From: Octopus bimaculoides
Lineage: Eukaryota
DNA: 64,000 bases
Assembly: GCF_001194135.2 (NCBI RefSeq)
Contig: NC_068991.1
Coordinates: 24,789,701 to 24,853,700 of the forward strand
Direction: 5' to 3'
This document shows, one piece after another, positions 26,655-37,685 of the stretch; position 1 is the first letter of the stretch, and each line of letters begins with the position of its first letter. The position numbers and the translations under genes were made by a program. The notes under the pieces are model-generated. The model was given only the letters and a program-made list of their open reading frames with translations, was not told the origin of the DNA and did no database searches.

Positions 26655-27212
26655 CACACACACCATCATCATTTAACTTCCATTGTCCATGCCAGCATGA
26701 GTTGGATGGTTTGATCAGAGCTGGCAAGTTGGAAGGCTGCACAAAACTCCAGTCTGACTTGGTATGGTTTCTATGGCTTGATGCCCTTCTTAAAGCCAAC
26801 CACTCTGAGAGTGTAATGGGTGCTTTTATGTGCCACCAGCATGGGTGCCATTTGTGTGATACAAGTATCTACTATGATTTTACTTGGCTTGATGGGTCTT
26901 CTCAAGCACGACATAATGCCAAATGTCTCGGTCTTGCCTTCATTAAGGTCCAACACTCGAAAGGAACTCAGCTACCTTGCCTTTGTGAGGCCCAATGCTT
27001 GAAAGGTGCTTTTTACGTGCCAGTTATGTGACACCAGCATCAGTCATGACTATGATTTCACTTGGCTTGATGGGTCTTCTCAAGCACAACATACCACCAA
27101 AGGTCCTGGTCACTAGTCATTGGCACTATGAGGCCCAAAGTTCGAAGATCATGCTTCACCACCTTGTCCCATGTCTTTCTGGGTCCACCTCTACCACTGG
27201 TTCCCTCAACAT
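26655..27212 (-). mobile_element. Older RTE LINE 3' fragment with internal duplication
   Basis: NVEGTSGRGGPRKTWDKVVKHDLRTLGL on the minus strand; CTATGATTT.ACTTGGCTTGATGGGTCTTCTCAAGCAC occurs twice. Confidence 0.8.
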
Positions 27213-28709
27213 TCTGTCTTATAAGGGTAAATACCCAATTTTTCTCTGTTGTCTTTACAACTTTCCTGTGTTTGAAATTTACTTTCTTGTCTCCAATATA
27301 CCAACCACATTCAACACTTCCAAAGTTTTGTATGTAAAATGATGTATTCAAAAGTTATTATTTAGCATTAAAATTGACGATAATTGTTGTCAGGAGAGCT
27401 GTTTAGCTTAATGATTACAGCACTCAGCTGGTATGTGAGGGATATAGGTTCAAGTCCTGTAGCCACCTGCTGGCAACTTTTTTTCTGTCTTATAAGGGTA
27501 AATACCCAATCTTTTACTGGTATCCTTTCAGCTTAAATGTGTTCAAAATTTATTTGTCTGCAAAATACTAACCACATTTGATGCTTCCAAAGTTTATATA
27601 TANNNNNNNNNNNNNNNNNNNNNNNNNNNNNNNNNNNNNNNNNNNNNNNNNNNNNNNNNNNNNNNNNNNNNNNNNNNNNNNNNNNNNNNNNNNNNNNNNN
27701 NNATACATATGGTGAATGCGTAAGTACTGACAGAGGATTAAGTCTGGAATCAGCCGAGTTGAGTGGTCTCGACTGATGAGGCTATACAATTGGCCAAAAC
27801 TGACCGATCAATATAGGCAATTCTAGATCAGTGTCTCTGAGCAATTACAGTCCATATCAATACATATGTATACAATTATGTGCTTTAACTACAACATTAA
27901 GGCCTTTTAGCTCTTTTGTCTAGCAGTGTAGGTGTTCTAATATTTAGTGACAATTATAGTGTGTGTATGTGTGTGTGTGTATGTATATGTATATATACAC
28001 ACACATTTAAAGAAATTCATGTGCAAGGAACTACTGCAAAAAGAAGACCAAAGAAGAAAAGGGCTGAGAGAGTGAAAGCTGATCTCAGGTAACTGAACCC
28101 TTCAAAAGAATACAAGACAGGCTGAAATGCCATGTTGGAGAGAATCCTTCCAAGCCATACTTTACAAACCTGCTCAAAAATACCCCTTAAAACTTCAAAT
28201 ACATTTGCCTTTGAAACTTAGTCACCCATCTCTAAAAAACTTTAATTCAATAATAATAATTGACTTATCACTTAATCTAGTAGTCACTCAGGATATAGGT
28301 ATATGCCACCTACGAACAAAATAGGATCACNNNNNNNNNNNNNNNNNNNNNNNNNNNNNNNNNNNNNNNNNNNNNNNNNNNNNNNNNNNNNNNNNNNNNN
28401 NNNNNNNNNNNNNNNNNNNNNNNNNNNNNNNNNNNNNNNNNNNNNNNNNNNNNNNNNNNNNNNNNNNNNNNNNNNNNNNNNNNNNNNNNNNNNNNNNNNN
28501 NNNNNNNNNNNNNNNNNNNNNNNNNAACAACAGATGAAAATTAGGTATTTGTACTGTTGGCACATACTAATAGTGTTAGTGAGAACTGTGTTATCTACAG
28601 TGAATATTTTAATAGCCCCCATGATTCTTAATATAGGAAAGTAGTTAATTATCAATTGAAATTCAATAAACTACATACAATTCATGAAATCTATTCTTTC
28701 ATTTTTCAG

Positions 28710-28789
28710 AAGTCCTTCCAAGACTGAAGAAGCAGCTGAATTATTTGTCAGGGCTGCAAATGCATTCAAGATGGCCAAAAACTGGGCTT
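28710..28789 (+). CDS. NAPA: Alpha-SNAP exon 2
   Basis: tttttcag|A...SPSKTEEAAELFVRAANAFKMAKNWA, T|gtaagt, 80 nt, in phase with exons 1 and 3. Confidence 0.95.
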
Positions 28790-29670
28790 GTAAGTTATGA
28801 TGTTATGTCTATCAATTGCATTACCCTTATACTTATCACAATATTTTGACAAAGTATATAAAGATAGAAATTATGGTTTAGTATAAAATGCTAGAAGCCA
28901 TATGATAGAAATAAACATTTTTCTACAGATCTCTGAAGTTGAACATTGTCAGGCTTGGTTAAAACCTGTATAGTGACCATTTTTCTATCTAAGCACCATC
29001 TAGATCCAATATTATTTGAGAAAATTGAACTGGGGTTTGTGAGTAGCTCAAATCCCCTATTCAACGACATCTGAAAGTTAATGAAGTCACTTTCTAGGAA
29101 ATGACCCATATCAAACATGTTTAGTTATACTTCAGTTTGATTTTAGTCCATATAATACACTGTAATATATTGTTTCAAGGTAGTATTTAGTTGTATTAAG
29201 TGCAGTGTGTGTGTATGTGTGATGTGAACATTTCTGTCTTAATTTTTTCTCTGTTTTGATATGAAATTTGTAATCTTCATTTTCAAAATGTTAGGGAGTC
29301 AATCAAGGTAAACTTTGGCTCCATTGAAGTTGAGAAGGTACCTTGACTAAAAAGAAAAAAACAAAACAAAACACTCCCCCTTCTTTGATTGGTTTGACAA
29401 TTTCTCTGAGGTCTCTGATTAAGTAGTCTATAGTACAAATTATATAATTGGACATGCAACTCAAAGAAGTGAACATACTTGGAATGTTAGCAAAATGTAC
29501 CTTTGGGCTTTGAGGCTATAATCATTCTAGATTTTAGAGCAAGGCATTCTAAGTCAGAAATTCTTTGCATTTTTTTCGGTATTTAGTAGTTACAGATAAT
29601 TCAAAACCAGTTAATTATTGGCACTCTTGACCTTCTGTATATCTATTCTTTTTACTTTACTGTTTTATAG

Positions 29671-29787
29671 CTGCTGGACAATGTTTTTGTAGAGCAGCCC
29701 AGCTTCAGATTAGTCTTCAAAGTCGACATGAAGCTGCATCACATTATGTTGATGCAGGGAATGCTTACAAGAAAGCTGATCCAAATG
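29671..29787 (+). CDS. NAPA: Alpha-SNAP exon 3
   Basis: ttttatag|CT...[40 protein letters not shown]|gtaaga, 117 nt. Confidence 0.96.
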
Positions 29788-30335
29788 GTAAGAGTTGACT
29801 GTTTTTTTTTCTTTTATCATCTTCCCTCAGGTTTACCATCCTAGAGCATCTGGTTGTAAAGCAATGATTCAATAATATATTCATCTAACCCATGATAGCA
29901 TGGAATTATTATATTAGCTTACAGCTGTTTCTGCTATAAGATGCAGTGGACTCATTGTTGAAAGTTTCTGAGTAACATTTCATGTTTGAGGTTCTGATGA
30001 AGCTATAAAGTATTATTACTCAGTCACTCAAATATGAGTACATCACCTCTTATGGTGGAAACAGCTGTAAGCTAATCATTTATTCCTTTGTCATCTCTTT
30101 TTTCTTTTTATCACTTTGTACTCGACTAATGCTTTCTTCGGAAGCATATGTATATTGAATTCTACACCAGGTTATTAGTATCGTAATACCTAAGTGAAAT
30201 AAATATATACACACATGCATGTTCTTCTCAATGTTTCTTGAAGTAAGTTGCAAATAATTTCTTTTATACTTTCATCCATTTCTAATGTCAATGTCACTTT
30301 AAAAACAATTTTATTTCTTTATTTTAATTGTGCAG

Positions 30336-30382
30336 AAGCTATCAACAGTCTCTTGAAAGCTGTTGAAATTTACACAGATATG
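30336..30382 (+). CDS. NAPA: Alpha-SNAP exon 4
   Basis: tgtgcag|AA...EAINSLLKAVEIYTDM|gtgagt, 47 nt. Confidence 0.95.
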
Positions 30383-30787
30383 GTGAGTATTACTTAAACT
30401 TCTTGAATTCTTCTTCATAATTCCTTGAAACTGCTTTCTCCCTTCAGCAGTCTTTAAATCTTTACATACAGTTTTATTTGTCATGGAAAATGCATTGCAT
30501 TTAAAATTAATTTTAAACTGCTATATGCTGTCTTGTTTGAAAATTACTGTAGGTCTGCTTTCTCTAAAAGCCTTTTATGTTGCCAAAGGTCATTATGAAT
30601 CTCTGAAGAAATTGAATGTATTTTTTAGACACCTTTTGATTAATGTGTTAATCATGGCACTAGGAATGAAGAGGAATCAAAACTCCTGGAGTTCTGTGAT
30701 GCAAAATTTCTATCTTTATATACTTTGTCAAAATATTGTGATAAGTATAAGGGTAATGCAATTGATGGACATAACATCATAACTTAC

Positions 30788-30867
30788 AAGCCCAGTTTTT
30801 GGCCATCTTGAATGCATTTGCAGCCCTGACAAATAATTCAGCTGCTTCTTCAGTCTTGGAAGGACTT
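30788..30867 (-). pseudogene. Antisense copy of alpha-SNAP exon 2 inside intron 4
   Basis: 80/80 nt identical to 28710-28789 in reverse complement, with the acceptor (ctg at 30868-30870) and donor (acttac at 30782-30787) retained. Confidence 0.95.
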
Positions 30868-32469
30868 CTGAAAAATGAAAGAATAGATTTCATGAATTGT
30901 ATGTAGTTTATTGAATTTCAAATTGATAATTAACTGCTTTCCCATATTAAGAATCATGGGGGCTATTAAAATATTCACTGTAGATAACACAGTTCTCACT
31001 AACACTATTAGTATGTGCCAACAGTACAAATACCTAATTTTCATCTGTTGTTGTNNNNNNNNNNNNNNNNNNNNNNNNNNNNNNNNNNNNNNNNNNNNNN
31101 NNNNNNNNNNNNNNNNNNNNNNNNNNNNNNNNNNNNNNNNNNNNNNNNNNNNNNNNNNNNNNNNNNNNNNNNNNNNNNNNNNNNNNNNNNNNNNNNNNNN
31201 NNNNNNNNNNNNNNNNNCCTGTGATCCTATTTTGTTCGTAGGTGGCATATACCTATATCCTGAGTGACTACTAGATTAAGTGATAAGTCAATTATTATTA
31301 TTGAATTAAAGTTTTTTAGAGATGGGTGACTAAGTTTCAAAGGCAAATGTATTTGAAGTTTTAAGGGGTATTTTTGAGCAGGTTTGTAAAGTATGGCTTG
31401 GAAGGATTCTCTCCAACATGGCATTTCAGCCTGTCTTGTATTCTTTTGAGGGGTTCAGTTACCTGAGATCAGCTTTCACCCTCTCAGCCCTTTTCTTCTT
31501 TGGTCTTCTTTTTGCAGTAGTTCCTTGCACATGAATTTCTTTAAATGTGTGTGTATATATACATATACATACATATACACACACACACACACACACATGC
31601 ACACACACACTATAATTGTCACTAAATATGACTAGGATATTAGAATACCTACATTGCTAGAAAAAAGAGCTAAAAGCCCTTAATGCTGTAGTTAAAGCAC
31701 ATAATTGTATACATATGTATTGACATGGACTGTAACCACCAAGAAACACTGGTCTAGAATTGCCTATACTGAAAGAAGAATAGCTTTAAAAATAGATTTT
31801 GAGATTATCAATGGTGAGAATGGGCTAAACAGAAATTGAATAGTGTGAGGTAGAATTTGATCTTTCTACCTAGCCATTTGTGGAAATGCTCAGATCAGAG
31901 ACATTAGTGGAAAAATTATTGTTTTTGTTGAATTTGAGGGTAACTGATTTGTTAGACACTATCCTATGAATCTTCTTGATCAGAATTTAGTGATGTTATT
32001 TTTTCAATAACAGTAACTGCGTTCAATATTAAAATAAAAGTTAATTGAAGATGTATGTAATTCTTAATCTCTTATCTCTATATCATCAGTTTTTTTCCAT
32101 GGTGACAAAGGTTTTTAATACAGCACCTCTCATGTGCTGTTACTCCTAACAGCTACACCACTAGTGTGCTCAGGGTTGACTTAATTGATACATTTAGTGA
32201 GCTTGAGATTTTGATTGTATTTTTTATTGATAAATGTCCTTCCTATCGTAAATTACTGTGATGATATGGGTTGGGTTTGTTTATTTTCACACAAGCAGTA
32301 AAGACATCAGCTTTCTTGGGTTGAGGCTCCCTCTAATTAGTGTTAGAGCCCCTGAGGGAAACACAACTACTTATCATATTTATTGCATATGAATGTAAAA
32401 TTGAGTTTCTGTATTTTTGACAAATGCTCTGTAGCAAAGACCTAAATGGTTTTGTTCTTTTTCTTACAG

Positions 32470-32547
32470 GGTAGATTCACTATTGCTGCCAAACATCATA
32501 TTACTGTCGCTGAAATCTATGAGAATGAGTTGGCTGACATTGAGCAG
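32470..32547 (+). CDS. NAPA: Alpha-SNAP exon 5
   Basis: ttcttacag|[26 protein letters not shown]|gttggt, 78 nt; contains the hallmark [10 protein letters not shown] motif. Confidence 0.97.
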
Positions 32548-32600
32548 GTTGGTTATTTTCTTTTTGGGAAGTTGCAGTATTTGGATTGTGTTGTATTCTA

Positions 32601-32812
32601 CAGGGTGTCCACAAAGTCTGGGTACATAGGGATTAACACATACTTTAAGAAATTATTATTTCTTACATCTAATTGTTTATGTTATGATTTTATTTACTCC
32701 ATGTACCCACATGGGGATTAACACATACTTTAAAAACTTATTATTTCTTATATTTAATTGATTATGTTATGATTTTATTTACTCTATGTACCCAGACTTT
32801 GTGGACACCCTG
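32601..32812. mobile_element. Same MITE family, TA target duplication, internal segment duplicated
   Basis: TA|CAGGGTGTCCACAAAGTCTGGGTACATA ... TATGTACCCAGACTTTGTGGACACCCTG|TA; internal GGGATTAACACATACTTTAA...TTATTTACTC occurs twice. Confidence 0.9.
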
Positions 32813-32836
32813 TAGAGTAAGACATTTATACACAAC

Positions 32837-33742
32837 AGGGATGCTGTCAGTAAGGTGAGGGTTGGCAATGAGTATAGCGAAGGATTCAGAGTAGAAATAG
32901 GGGTTCACCAAGGATCAGTCCTTAGCCCCCTCTTGTTCATCATTATCCTATAGGCAATTCAAGACAGGCTGCCCTTTTATGCCGATGACCTTGCTCTTAT
33001 AGCTGAATCACTACCAGAACTAGAGAAGTTTCAGGTGTGGAAGCAAGGTCTAGAATAGAAGGGCTTTAAAGTTAATCTAGCAAAAACCAAAGTCTTAGTA
33101 AATAGGAAACCAAACAAATCACAATTCCATTCAGGTAGATGGCCTGGCTTGATCTGTAGAAAAGGCATAGGTACAAACTCCTTAAGATGTACCCGGTGTA
33201 AGCTATGGACACATAAGAGGTGCAGCAATATCAGAGGGAGGATAATTTTGTGTGTGGAAAGTGCACAGGTACAATAAGCACCAAAAAAGTACAGAAAATA
33301 GATTCCATCACATGCCAGTGGGAAAACTAGAAGTAGTTGATAGCTTCTGTTACCAAGTCAGTAGCAGTGGTGGATGCTCTGAGAGCATAGCTGCTAGAAT
33401 ATCAATAAGCTGGGCAAAGTTCAGAGAGCTCCTACCTCTGCTGGTAACAAAGGGCCTCTTGCTCAGAGTGAAAGGCGCATTGTATGATACCTGTGTGCAA
33501 ACAACCATGCTACATGACAATGAAACATGGGCTGTGACTGCTGAGGACATGAGTAGGCTTGTAAGAAATGAAGCTAGTATACTCCACTGAAGGTGTAATG
33601 TCAGTATGTATGCATGACTGAGTGTAAGAGTTGGACATAAGAAGCATCAGATGTGTGCAAGAGATACGACTGTGCTGGTATGGTCATATGATGAGTATGG
33701 ATGAGGACAGCTGTGTGAAGAAGTGTCACACCCTAACGGTGT
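32837..33742 (+). mobile_element. RTE LINE fragment in alpha-SNAP intron 5
   Basis: Same family as 17250-18140 (GVHQGSVLSPLL, YADDLALIAES, ISWAKFRELLPLL, ETWAVTAED). Confidence 0.9.
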
Positions 33743-34336
33743 AAATATACACTTCCATGTGTACTTTTCCTTTTCTTATATCTATCTCAAAGTTTAGTAC
33801 CAGTCATTCTTTGGTGTGGCTGGAATCAAATTATTACTGAAATGAAGCACAAGGACTAATAATAATGGTTTCAAATTTTGGCTCATGGCCAGCAATTTCA
33901 GGAGAGGGATTAAGTCGATTTTATCGACCCCGAAAGGATGAAAGGCAAAGTCAACCTCAGCTAATAATAATAGAAATAGTACATAGGACATAGCTGAAGC
34001 ACTGTTAAAAAACAGATTGAGAGGAATCCCTCATAACTGAAGAATATATCCACAAGATGATAGAAACCTGTATGTGATGAGTTCATATAGAATAGGCCGT
34101 TGTACATTAGCTATTATATACAGCCTACTATCAGAACTAGGGTCTGAATCCATTCTGTTATTTTAGCTCCATGAAAATTCCAGTGATATATCAGCAAAAA
34201 GAATATTCTTATTGAAAAGTTGTTCAATGGCTTCATAATACTAGGTCCAACTTTGGAGAAACATTGACTTAATGTGATCTTAATTTAAAGATATTTTGTG
34301 TATTAGTTCATAGTATAATTTTGTTTTTTTATATAG

Positions 34337-34392
34337 GCTATTTCTCACTATGAACAAGCTGCTGACTATTATAAAGGAGAAGAATCCACAAG
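34337..34392 (+). CDS. NAPA: Alpha-SNAP exon 6
   Basis: ttatatag|AISHYEQAADYYKGEEST-AG|gtttgt, 56 nt. Confidence 0.96.
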
Positions 34393-35093
34393 GTTTGTGA
34401 CATTTCTTTTTTGGTTCTAATATTCTAATTTATATTTAAAACAATTAAATGACACTTGTCGAGATTTACTGTGTGCTGAAATTTATTTGAATATTTCTTG
34501 TGTGGTGAAATTTATTTAGAATTTAAATAATAACAAATTCTTGTTATATGCCACAAAAGATCTACTTAATGGACAGCATTCCTTCATTCTTTTATGATGA
34601 CAAAAAGAAAAAATAATATTTTATATGTGAAACAGAAACAAGTGTGATAAGGCATATAAATATTTGAATTTGCAAAGTTGCTAGAACTGTCCTGGAAATT
34701 GGAATATTGGGTAGATTTTGCAATGTTCAGAGTTCAGTTCTTGCTGAAGTTCACTTTACTTTTCATCCTTCAGAGTCTTGATTTATCCATAATATTCCTC
34801 TCTCTAATCACTTCACCTGCCGAGGCATAAGCAGCAAAGTTTATAATAACATCAGCCAAGATAAATGGCTCAAAAGAGCTCAGTTCTATCTGAACTATTT
34901 TTGGAAAATTTACATAATAGTTTAGAAGCAACTTGTATCTATCTTGATATTAAATGTAAACATGTAGAATTTTCTTCTCTTTTGCTTAGTGAACACGAAA
35001 AATTGAATTTGTAGATCTAGCCATCATTTGAAACAAAGCAACGAGACATAAACTTTTTATTATTTGATTTAAATTACTATTCTTTTATTACAG

Positions 35094-35178
35094 TGCAGCT
35101 AATAAATGCTTCCTGAAAGTAGCCCAATACTCAGCACAGCTAGAGCAGTACCAAAAAGCAATTGATATTTATGAAGAG
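35094..35178 (+). CDS. NAPA: Alpha-SNAP exon 7
   Basis: attacag|T...[29 protein letters not shown]|gtaggg, 85 nt. Confidence 0.96.
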
Positions 35179-35262
35179 GTAGGGTACCTGCTTATTTGTT
35201 TATGCTGTAGGGGACCTGCTTATTTGTTTATGCTATAGGGGACCTGCTTATTTGTTTATGCT
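35179..35262 (+). repeat. 28-bp unit x3 beginning exactly at the exon 7 donor
   Basis: GTAGGGTACCTGCTTATTTGTTTATGCT / GTAGGGGACC... / ATAGGGGACC... Confidence 0.95.
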
Positions 35263-35988
35263 GTGATAAATTGACAAATTTTCTAAAACTAGACATTTGT
35301 AACCATATGTGTGTGTGTGTGTGTGATATTATCATTATTATCATTTAATATCCACTTTTCCATTGTCGTATGGGTTGGAATGGAATTTGATGAGGCAGAT
35401 TTTATATGGCCAGATGCCCTTCTTGTTGCCAACCCTTACCTGTTTCCAAGTAAGGTAATTTTTCCTGGTGACCAGACATGTCTTAGAAGATTGGAAACAA
35501 AGGATACTGCTTGCATGACGATGACACTTGCTTACAACTATCATGTGATATGAAGGCAGGGAGACAGTAATACAGGTACACACACACACACACAATGATG
35601 GGCTTCTTTCAGTTTCCGTCTTCCAAATCCATTTGCAATGCTTTGGTTGACCTAGTGCTATTGTAGGAAACACTTGCCCAAAGACCAAGATGCTACGCAG
35701 TGGGACTGAACCTGAAATTATGTAATTAGGAAACAAAACGTATTAGCACACAGCCACAAAACAAAATAAAACTAGTTAAACATAAAATGTTTGTGTAATT
35801 GTAGTAATGTCTTTTTTTTTTTTGTTGTTAAATTTACATACATGAATATGCTCAACTACATACAGCTTGTGTATGCATTAGCCAAAGAAAAAATGTTGAA
35901 AACATTTGCACACATTTCTTTATGGAAAAAAGATCGTTACAATCAAACTGTTAGCAAAAATGCTTCAATTTTTTTCTTCAAATTTTAG

Positions 35989-36162
35989 GTTGCTGCTGCT
36001 TCAATGGAGAATTCCTTACTGAAATACAGTGCTAAAGATCATTTCTTTCGAGCTGCTCTCTGTCACATGTGTAATGATATTGTTAATGCTAAACTGGTGA
36101 TTCCAAAATACGAGGAGATGTTCCCTGCATTCTCTGACTCAAGGGAGTGTAACTTATTAAAG
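35989..36162 (+). CDS. NAPA: Alpha-SNAP exon 8
   Basis: aattttag|[58 protein letters not shown]|gtaagt, 174 nt. Confidence 0.97.
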
Positions 36163-37116
36163 GTAAGTCATCATTATTTTACACACATTATTTTACTCTC
36201 TTCTAGTGATATAGTCTTTGACAGAGCTATCCTCCTATCATAGTTTGAAACAAGCCAGTTTTAGTCTTGAACCTGATGTAATACATTGCCAAAAAACCAA
36301 GTTCATGCATGAAGATCATGGGAAATTGAAGTAGATCAATAGTTCAAGTTATTATGATTGGGTGTCCTATTGCTCCTTGCTGAAGACAGAAAGATGCAAT
36401 TTCTTTGACAATACCAGATGTTTTAGACCACAGAATAATTTCTGGTAAAGAAGAGCCTGGAAGTTGGGTTTTCTTGTCCTTGTAACTGAATGTGGGTTCT
36501 TTTAGGGATAGTGTTTTGATTCTTATTTTCAATGTTAATAACAATGTTTGACATGTTCTATAAGCACCCACCCACCCATATACAAAAGCAGTTTGTTGTA
36601 TGTGGGTGGGAATGTTTCTTTGGAAGTTGTTCAAGTTGCTGTGTATGTGATATTCTTAATTATATGGATATGATCTTGTTCAAAATTGCTTCAGATTTTG
36701 TTGTTTTTAATGATTTTAAAATCCAAAATTTAGTTAAACTACAAAGTATTGATCTTTTTACATATACCCTGTATTTTATGTATTCACACATATATTCTTT
36801 ACATTCCAAAATGGAGAGAGCTTTATGATAGTCAAAATTCAGTTCTGAATTTAATTCCTATTCATTACAATTTCAACCTTTGTTGCTTTGGAGTCAGTAA
36901 ATTACCATAATCAAATTAATCAAATATAAACATCTCTCTGTCACTAACATTGGCTGAAGTTTTCAAGAGTTATTTCTTTTAGCTTCAGTTCAACTGTTAT
37001 CAAACAGACTTACAATCAATAACATTCTTTCTTATTGGAGCTATGTAGAAATATATTCTTTAATGTTTCCTCTCCTTATTAAGATGCTAAGGTGTCTTTT
37101 AAAGGAGAACTTGTTA

Positions 37117-37268
37117 TGGCGTTAGGAAGGGCATCCAGCTGTAGAAACTCTGCCAAATCAGACTGGAGCCTGGTGTTGCCATCCGGTTTCACCAGTCCTC
37201 AGTCAAATCGTCCAACCCATGCTAGCATGGAAAGCGGACGTTAAACGATGATGATGATGATGATGATG
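37117..37268 (+). mobile_element. RTE-type 3' tail insertion in alpha-SNAP intron 8
   Basis: TGGCGTTAGGAAGGGCATCCAGC...GGACGTTAAAC(GAT)n; identical to the reverse complement of 22111-22259. Confidence 0.9.
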
Positions 37269-37462
37269 AAAGTACAGGCACTGATTAAGGTGCACAATAC
37301 TTGCAAATTGAATCTGTCAGTTGGTTTTCCAGTGACTGCTTGAATTGTGTTGCTTCATTCATTTTACAAATAACTTTGGGGTAGCATAATATTATATGCT
37401 CATATTCTCTAAAAAAAATCTGTCTTCATGCTTTTGATAGGAGAAGAAATGCATAACTAGTA

Positions 37463-37498
<36 letters not shown>

Positions 37499-37538
37499 TG
37501 TATTTGTTTATTTACATCTCTCACATTTTCATTTACAG

Positions 37539-37685
37539 ACTGTTTTGGATTCAATGGACAACATTGAGGCATTCACTAAAGCTGTTAGTGACTACGATTC
37601 CATATCTCGGCTAGACCAATGGCTGACGATGATTTTCTTGAGAATCAAGAATAAAATCACAGAAGAGGAGGAGAACATTTGTTAA
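37539..37685 (+). CDS. NAPA: Alpha-SNAP exon 9 (terminal coding exon)
   Basis: atttacag|[48 protein letters not shown], 147 nt; contains the [10 protein letters not shown] motif. Total CDS is 882 nt = 293 aa + stop. Confidence 0.96.
   Translation, partial: TVLDSMDNIEAFTKAVSDYDSISRLDQWLTMIFLRIKNKITEEEENIC

Larger units (their letters stand above)
27812..31768. repeat. Long inverted duplication inside alpha-SNAP: arms ~27812-28872 and ~30705-31768, spacer ~1.83 kb containing exons 3-4
   Basis: Reverse complement of the right arm aligns to the left arm throughout; the ORF track gives identical MPCWRES... ORFs at 28127(+) and 31227(-). Both arms carry an N-gap at the same position. Confidence 0.95.

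Noticed and set aside
28127-28324. Identical 65-aa ORFs MPCWRES... at 28127(+) and 31227(-)
   Set aside because: They are identical only because they lie in the two arms of the inverted duplication; no homology or coding signal.
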